Both the position numbers and the translations under genes were made by a program. Of a stretch of 64,000 bases of DNA, positions 59,524 through 64,000 are shown in pieces. Within the stretch, counting starts at the first letter, position 1. Each line of letters begins with the position of its first letter. This DNA comes from Candidatus Eiseniibacteriota bacterium. GTDB taxonomy: Bacteria; Eisenbacteria; RBG-16-71-46. The stretch lies in assembly GCA_038231135.1 (NCBI GenBank), contig JBBRLX010000002.1, forward strand, positions 96,001-160,000, read 5' to 3'. The notes beneath the pieces were generated by a model. It saw only the letters and a program-made list of their open reading frames with translations. It searched no databases and was not told where the DNA came from.

Positions 59524-60693
59524 TCAGCGGCTGCGCACGCCCAGGAATTCGTGGATCGCGGCGAGCGCCGCCCGCAGGTTGTTTTGGCTGTTGGCGTAGG
59601 AGAACCGCAGGTAGCCTTCGCCGAACTCCCCGAACGCCGTGCCCGACAGGCACGCGACCCCCGCCTCCTCCAGCAAGAGCTTCGCCAGCTCGCTGCTGCT
59701 CATGCCGGTGCCGCGAATGTTCGGGAACGCGTAGAACGCGCCCTGCGGCCGGAAGCACGTCACGCCCGGCAGCCCGTTGAGCCCGGCGACGATCAGGTCA
59801 CGCCGTGCATGGAATTCACTCACCATCGCGTCGATTTCGGTCTGCGGGCCGGTGAGCGCCGCCAGGCCGGCCCGCTGGATGAACGACGCCGTGCAGGAGT
59901 TCGAATTGGTCATCAGGCGCGCCACGTGCACCGCCAGCTCGGGACTCATGATGCCGAAGCCGAGCCGCCAGCCGGTCATCGCGTAGGTCTTGGAGAACCC
60001 GTCGAGCACGATCGTGCGTTCGGCCATGCCGGGCAGCGACGCGATCGACAGATGCCGGCCCTCGTACTGAATGCGGGCGTAGATCTCGTCGGACAGGATG
60101 TGGAACGAGTGCCGGCGCGCCAGCGCCGCGATGCCTTCGACCGTCTCGGGTTTGAGCACGGCGCCGGTGGGATTGTGCGGCGAGTTCAGCACCAGGAGCC
60201 TGGTGCGATGCGTGATCTTCGATTCGAGTTCGGCCAGATCGAGGTCGAATTCGCGGTCCTCCCGGAGCGCGAGCGGCACCGGGCGCGCGTTGAGGAACCG
60301 GGCGACGGATTCGTAGATCGGGAATCCGGGATTCGGATACAGCACCTCGTCGCCCTCTTCGAGCAGCGCGAGCATGGCGAAGAACATGATCGGCTTGGCG
60401 CCGGGCGTGACGACCACGCTCTCGGGCCCGCACGGGATGCCGCGCTCCGCGCGCCACTGGTCGGCGATCACCTGGCGGAATTCCGGCAGTCCCGCCGACG
60501 GCCCGTAGTGCGTGAACCCCTGTTCGAGCGCCGCCGTCGCCGCGTCGCGGATGAACCTCGGCGTGTCGAAGTCCGGCTCGCCGATCTCGAGGTGAACGAC
60601 ATGCTTGCCGGCCGCCTCGAGCACCCGCGCCCGCGCCAGCACCTCGAACGCGGTCTCGGTGCCCAGCCGCCCCATCCGTTCTGCGAACGCCAT
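59524..60693 (-). CDS. PLP-dependent class I/II aminotransferase (aspartate aminotransferase-like)
   Basis: IGEPDF, NSPHNPTG, SDEIY, GFSKTYAMTGWRLG, GAFY. Confidence 0.95.
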   Translation of the reverse strand: MAFAERMGRLGTETAFEVLARARVLEAAGKHVVHLEIGEPDFDTPRFIRDAATAALEQGFTHYGPSAGLPEFRQVIADQWRAERGIPCGPESVVVTPGAKPIMFFAMLALLEEGDEVLYPNPGFPIYESVARFLNARPVPLALREDREFDLDLAELESKITHRTRLLVLNSPHNPTGAVLKPETVEGIAALARRHSFHILSDEIYARIQYEGRHLSIASLPGMAERTIVLDGFSKTYAMTGWRLGFGIMSPELAVHVARLMTNSNSCTASFIQRAGLAALTGPQTEIDAMVSEFHARRDLIVAGLNGLPGVTCFRPQGAFYAFPNIRGTGMSSSELAKLLLEEAGVACLSGTAFGEFGEGYLRFSYANSQNNLRAALAAIHEFLGVRSR

Positions 60694-60717
60694 GCGATCC
60701 TCCGGCAGCGTAGTCCC

Positions 60718-62124
60718 TCAGGGCTCGCGCCTGAGGCGCGAGCGCCGTGTCCATTCGACGGTCCATTGCATTCGCGGGGCGCGCGGTGGAACGAACGTGC
60801 GATTGAGCGCCGCTTCGACCATGCCCCCCGCGAACGGGCCGCGCAACTCGACGCGCGCGCGCTCGCCATCCCCCGCGAGCGCCCGCAGCACCAGCCGGTC
60901 GGCTTCGAGCTCCGGCAGGTACACGTGTTCGCCGCTCACCGCGCGGAACGCCGCGTACGTGATCCGCACTCCGACACCCGCGGGCGACTCGACGCCGATC
61001 CGCGCCGTGCTGACCGCGCGGACCTCGCCACGCACCCAGCGCCGCTCGCCCCAGAATTCGTGTCGCCATGCCAGCGACACCGGTCCGGCGCCGCCGTGCC
61101 ACTCCGCCCATGCGCCCTGCCGAAACCGCGCTTCGGGCGCCGGCCGGCCCACCACGGCCGGATCGCGCCGCGTGCCGTGCTGCTGTTCGAAGCCCGCGAC
61201 GACGCCGGCATGGTGCGGTAAAGCCTGCTGCACTTCAAGCGTCGCACGCGCGCCCGGGACCCCCGGCGCGAACCGCCACCAGGCGCCGAGCAGGCCGAGC
61301 CGCGTGCCGTGCGCGAGCGGGACGTCGGCGCGCGCCGACACGGCGAGCGGCGGTCCGGCGCGGCGCGGATCCCCGGCGCCGCGATAGGCCTCGTGCCCGG
61401 CACGGACCCAGCCACCGAGCCGCGCCGAGCCGTCGCGGCGCTGCGCGAACGTCTCCGCGCGCCAGCGGCCGCGCCGGTCGCTCGCGAATTCCGCGCCGCC
61501 GCCCGAACCCCCGGACTCGCGGGACGCCCACACACTCGCGTTCGAGATGCCGCGCCGGTCGAACACCACGCCGCCGTTCGCGCCACGAGCGCCGGCGTCC
61601 AACCCCAGGGCCGGCTGCTTCCGGCCGGCGGTTCCGGCCCAGGCGCCGACATGCGACCCGCGGCCGGCGCGATACCACAACACGTCGCCGGCCGAGCGGC
61701 GCTGTGTGCCCCGCTCGCGCCAGCCCCACGGCTCGCGCGGATCGCCGAGCACGAGCCCGCGCCCCCACACCGGCATCGAGCGCCCCAGCCCGAACCGTCC
61801 GCCGGCGGCGGCGCCTTCGAGCGAGCTGCCGGCGAGGTCGTCCCCCGCGCCGTCGCGCACCGCGCCGCCGAGGCTGTCGCTGCGGAACAGCGCGCGGCGG
61901 CGCTGCGTCGAATGACGGCCATCGTTCGCGACGACGCCGAGGCCGACTTCGATGTCGCCGTCGCCGATCGAGTCGGGTCGTTCCACGTCGTAGTCGGCGT
62001 CCTCGGGGGCATCGGCGGGCGGCTCCGCGGGATCGCCGCGGACGCCTTGAACCCGCGACCCGATCAAGGCCAGCGCGAGCCCCAGGGCGGCAGCGGCGGC
62101 GCGCGCGGAGTGCCCGCGGTTCAC
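60718..62124 (-). CDS. Hypothetical exported beta-strand-rich protein (possible outer-membrane barrel)
   Basis: Signal peptide, WGRGLVL, alternating-strand pattern; GTG overlaps the upstream stop. Confidence 0.5.
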   Translation of the reverse strand: MNRGHSARAAAAALGLALALIGSRVQGVRGDPAEPPADAPEDADYDVERPDSIGDGDIEVGLGVVANDGRHSTQRRRALFRSDSLGGAVRDGAGDDLAGSSLEGAAAGGRFGLGRSMPVWGRGLVLGDPREPWGWRERGTQRRSAGDVLWYRAGRGSHVGAWAGTAGRKQPALGLDAGARGANGGVVFDRRGISNASVWASRESGGSGGGAEFASDRRGRWRAETFAQRRDGSARLGGWVRAGHEAYRGAGDPRRAGPPLAVSARADVPLAHGTRLGLLGAWWRFAPGVPGARATLEVQQALPHHAGVVAGFEQQHGTRRDPAVVGRPAPEARFRQGAWAEWHGGAGPVSLAWRHEFWGERRWVRGEVRAVSTARIGVESPAGVGVRITYAAFRAVSGEHVYLPELEADRLVLRALAGDGERARVELRGPFAGGMVEAALNRTFVPPRAPRMQWTVEWTRRSRLRREP

Positions 62125-62999
62125 GGTGCGCTCCCGAGCGCGCACTCGAACCGCACGCTCTGGGGCAGCACGGGATGCGCGTCGACCCGGACGCCGACGG
62201 CGAACGGTCCCGCGCGCGCCGCCACTCCCAGGCCCGCGCGCAACGGAGCGTCGCGTGCCTCGACCCATGCGCTGGCGTCCACGCCCCCGAACGCAATGCC
62301 GGCGCGGTGCGTGTCGGACCCGCCGGGCGCCGCCGCCAGCTCGCGCGCGAGCCAGGCACGGACCCGCGACCCGCGCCACGCCACGCCGCACTCGAGCCCG
62401 CGTGCGAGCGGCGGCGCCGCTCCCCGGGTGACGAGCTGCGGATGCGCCACCCACAGCAGGACAACCCGGCCGGGCGCGATCCATGCGCCGGCGCCGAGCT
62501 CGCCGCCGGCATTGACGCCCGCCGATGTGCCGCCGCCTAAATCGGTCGCGATCGTGCCGGGCGGCGCATCGGGCGGTGCGCCGGACTCCGCTGCGATCGC
62601 CGCGTCGGAACGCCGGTCCCGGCGCGCCGCCACGCGCAGCGCGTAGCCTGCCCCCGGCGTCGCCCCGCCGATCGCGAACGCCACGGTGCTCCAGCCGATC
62701 GCGGGATCGCCGGAGCGCGCGAGGCCCGCGGCCCCGCGGAGCGACCTCCAGCCCAGGCCGGCCGCGACCGCGGCCGCGTCGAGCGCCGCGAGGCCGAACG
62801 GCCGGCCACCCAGGATCACGAGTTCCGGCGCCCGGCGTTCGGGGGCCAGCGCCTGGTCCAGCATCGACGCGGCGCCCATGACGAGCGGCTCGGGTGCGGC
62901 GGGCGCGAACTCCTGCGCCCGCGACCGCGTGGCGCCCAGCGTCAGGATCGCAAGGGCGACCACCACGCCCACGCGCGCCCGATGCTTCGCGACCTTCAT
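62121..62999 (-). CDS. Hypothetical exported protein (possible outer-membrane barrel)
   Basis: Signal peptide, PFGL..L, C-terminal HPVL..S. Confidence 0.5.
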   Translation of the reverse strand: MKVAKHRARVGVVVALAILTLGATRSRAQEFAPAAPEPLVMGAASMLDQALAPERRAPELVILGGRPFGLAALDAAAVAAGLGWRSLRGAAGLARSGDPAIGWSTVAFAIGGATPGAGYALRVAARRDRRSDAAIAAESGAPPDAPPGTIATDLGGGTSAGVNAGGELGAGAWIAPGRVVLLWVAHPQLVTRGAAPPLARGLECGVAWRGSRVRAWLARELAAAPGGSDTHRAGIAFGGVDASAWVEARDAPLRAGLGVAARAGPFAVGVRVDAHPVLPQSVRFECALGSAP

Positions 63000-63013
63000 C
63001 CTCGCACGGGCCC

Positions 63014-64000
63014 TCACGGCGCTACTCCGGTCACGCGCACCGCCTCCGACGCGCCCAGCGACTGTCCCGTCGCCGCATGCGCGTCCAATGCGAGCACGTA
63101 CACCCCCGGCCCGAGCGCGGGATGCCAGCGGTATTGCCCGCGCGCCGGCGTCGCCTCCGGCGGAACGATCACCGCCACGCGGCGGCCCGCGAAGTCGTAC
63201 GCGATCACCTCGAGGGCAGCGGCGGCCCACGGCAGCGACCACTCCAGTGTCGTCGCCGCGGCGGCGCCGGCCCGCCATCGCCGCGGCGCGGCCCGGAACG
63301 TCCGTGCGAGCGGCGGCAGCACGTGGGGCGCGGCGAGCGGCGTGCCCATGGGATCGGAGTCCGGTCCCCAGCGGCCGTCCGCGGCCCGCTCGACCGGCAC
63401 CCCGTCCGGGATCCCCGTGGCGGAGTAGGGAACGGCCGCGCACGGCGTGCCGTCGCGCTCCCGGATCGTGACCACGTCCGCGATGCCGTTCGCGTCGTTC
63501 GCGTTGTTGAGCGCCGCCCACGGCGACACCGCGAATACCCGCGTGGAATCGGCGCCGGGGAACGCCGCCCGCCAGTGGACACGATCCTGAGCCACGACGG
63601 CATAGCCGCCGGGCGCGATCGGGGCCGCACCGCCGTGGATCGCGCCCTTGGCGCCGGCGCGGTCGCCGTACAGGAACGCCGCGGGATCGACGGGCTCGGA
63701 CGTGCCGTTGCGCACCTCGACCCACTCACCTTCGCCGTGCGCGGGATGGAACTGGATCTCGGTGACCTCGAGCGGCCCCGCGCCGATGCGGACACGCAGC
63801 GAGTCCCGGTCGTCGGTGGAATCCTCGTCGCCGATCGCCGTCACGCGCGCGATCAACTCGCCGGCGCCGGCGGCGGGCGCCGGGAGCACGAGATCGATCA
63901 CCAGCGTGTCTCCCCTCGCGAGCCGCGCGTCGATGTCGCGATCGAGCAGCGGCACGCCCTGGAACCCGAGCTGCACGCTCACGTCGCCGGGCGGGAACCC
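63014..64000 (-). CDS. Lamin-tail-domain protein (partial) with C-terminal FlgD/T9SS-CTD-like segment
   Basis: VTEIQFHP..GEGEWVEVRN, LNN, GTP; tail ..YDFAGRRV...W....PGVYVL; starts beyond the right edge. Confidence 0.8.
   Translation of the reverse strand, partial: GFPPGDVSVQLGFQGVPLLDRDIDARLARGDTLVIDLVLPAPAAGAGELIARVTAIGDEDSTDDRDSLRVRIGAGPLEVTEIQFHPAHGEGEWVEVRNGTSEPVDPAAFLYGDRAGAKGAIHGGAAPIAPGGYAVVAQDRVHWRAAFPGADSTRVFAVSPWAALNNANDANGIADVVTIRERDGTPCAAVPYSATGIPDGVPVERAADGRWGPDSDPMGTPLAAPHVLPPLARTFRAAPRRWRAGAAAATTLEWSLPWAAAALEVIAYDFAGRRVAVIVPPEATPARGQYRWHPALGPGVYVLALDAHAATGQSLGASEAVRVTGVAP

Overview
High-GC chromosomal segment. Gene content suggests a Candidatus Eisenbacteria-like, FCB-related diderm bacterium (inference). 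Most of the window is housekeeping: nucleoside salvage and a nucleoside ABC importer, gdh, mltG-ruvX-rluA-lspA-dksA-pnp-yggS, tmRNA, ssb, pyk, rdgB-rph-murI-amidase-smpB, split transketolase and five tRNAs. The main result is a candidate protein-export/sorting system. Six signal-peptide proteins (five Cys-rich paralogues plus one unrelated lamin-tail protein) end in the same short tail, [ST]-W-G-x-[IV]-K-x-L-Y-R-COOH. The five paralogues cluster with a PorU/gingipain-like C25 peptidase, three foldases and a dockerin-like protein. Other points: a threefold tandem structured-RNA-like repeat downstream of two ComEA-like genes; a 3.7-kb decaying element in tRNA-His whose integrase reads through the att core and would change C-terminus on excision; a 159-bp branched palindrome; a candidate ncRNA near tRNA-Val; and an RGPP-containing leader ORF. 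All assignments are from motif recognition by eye. No searches were run.
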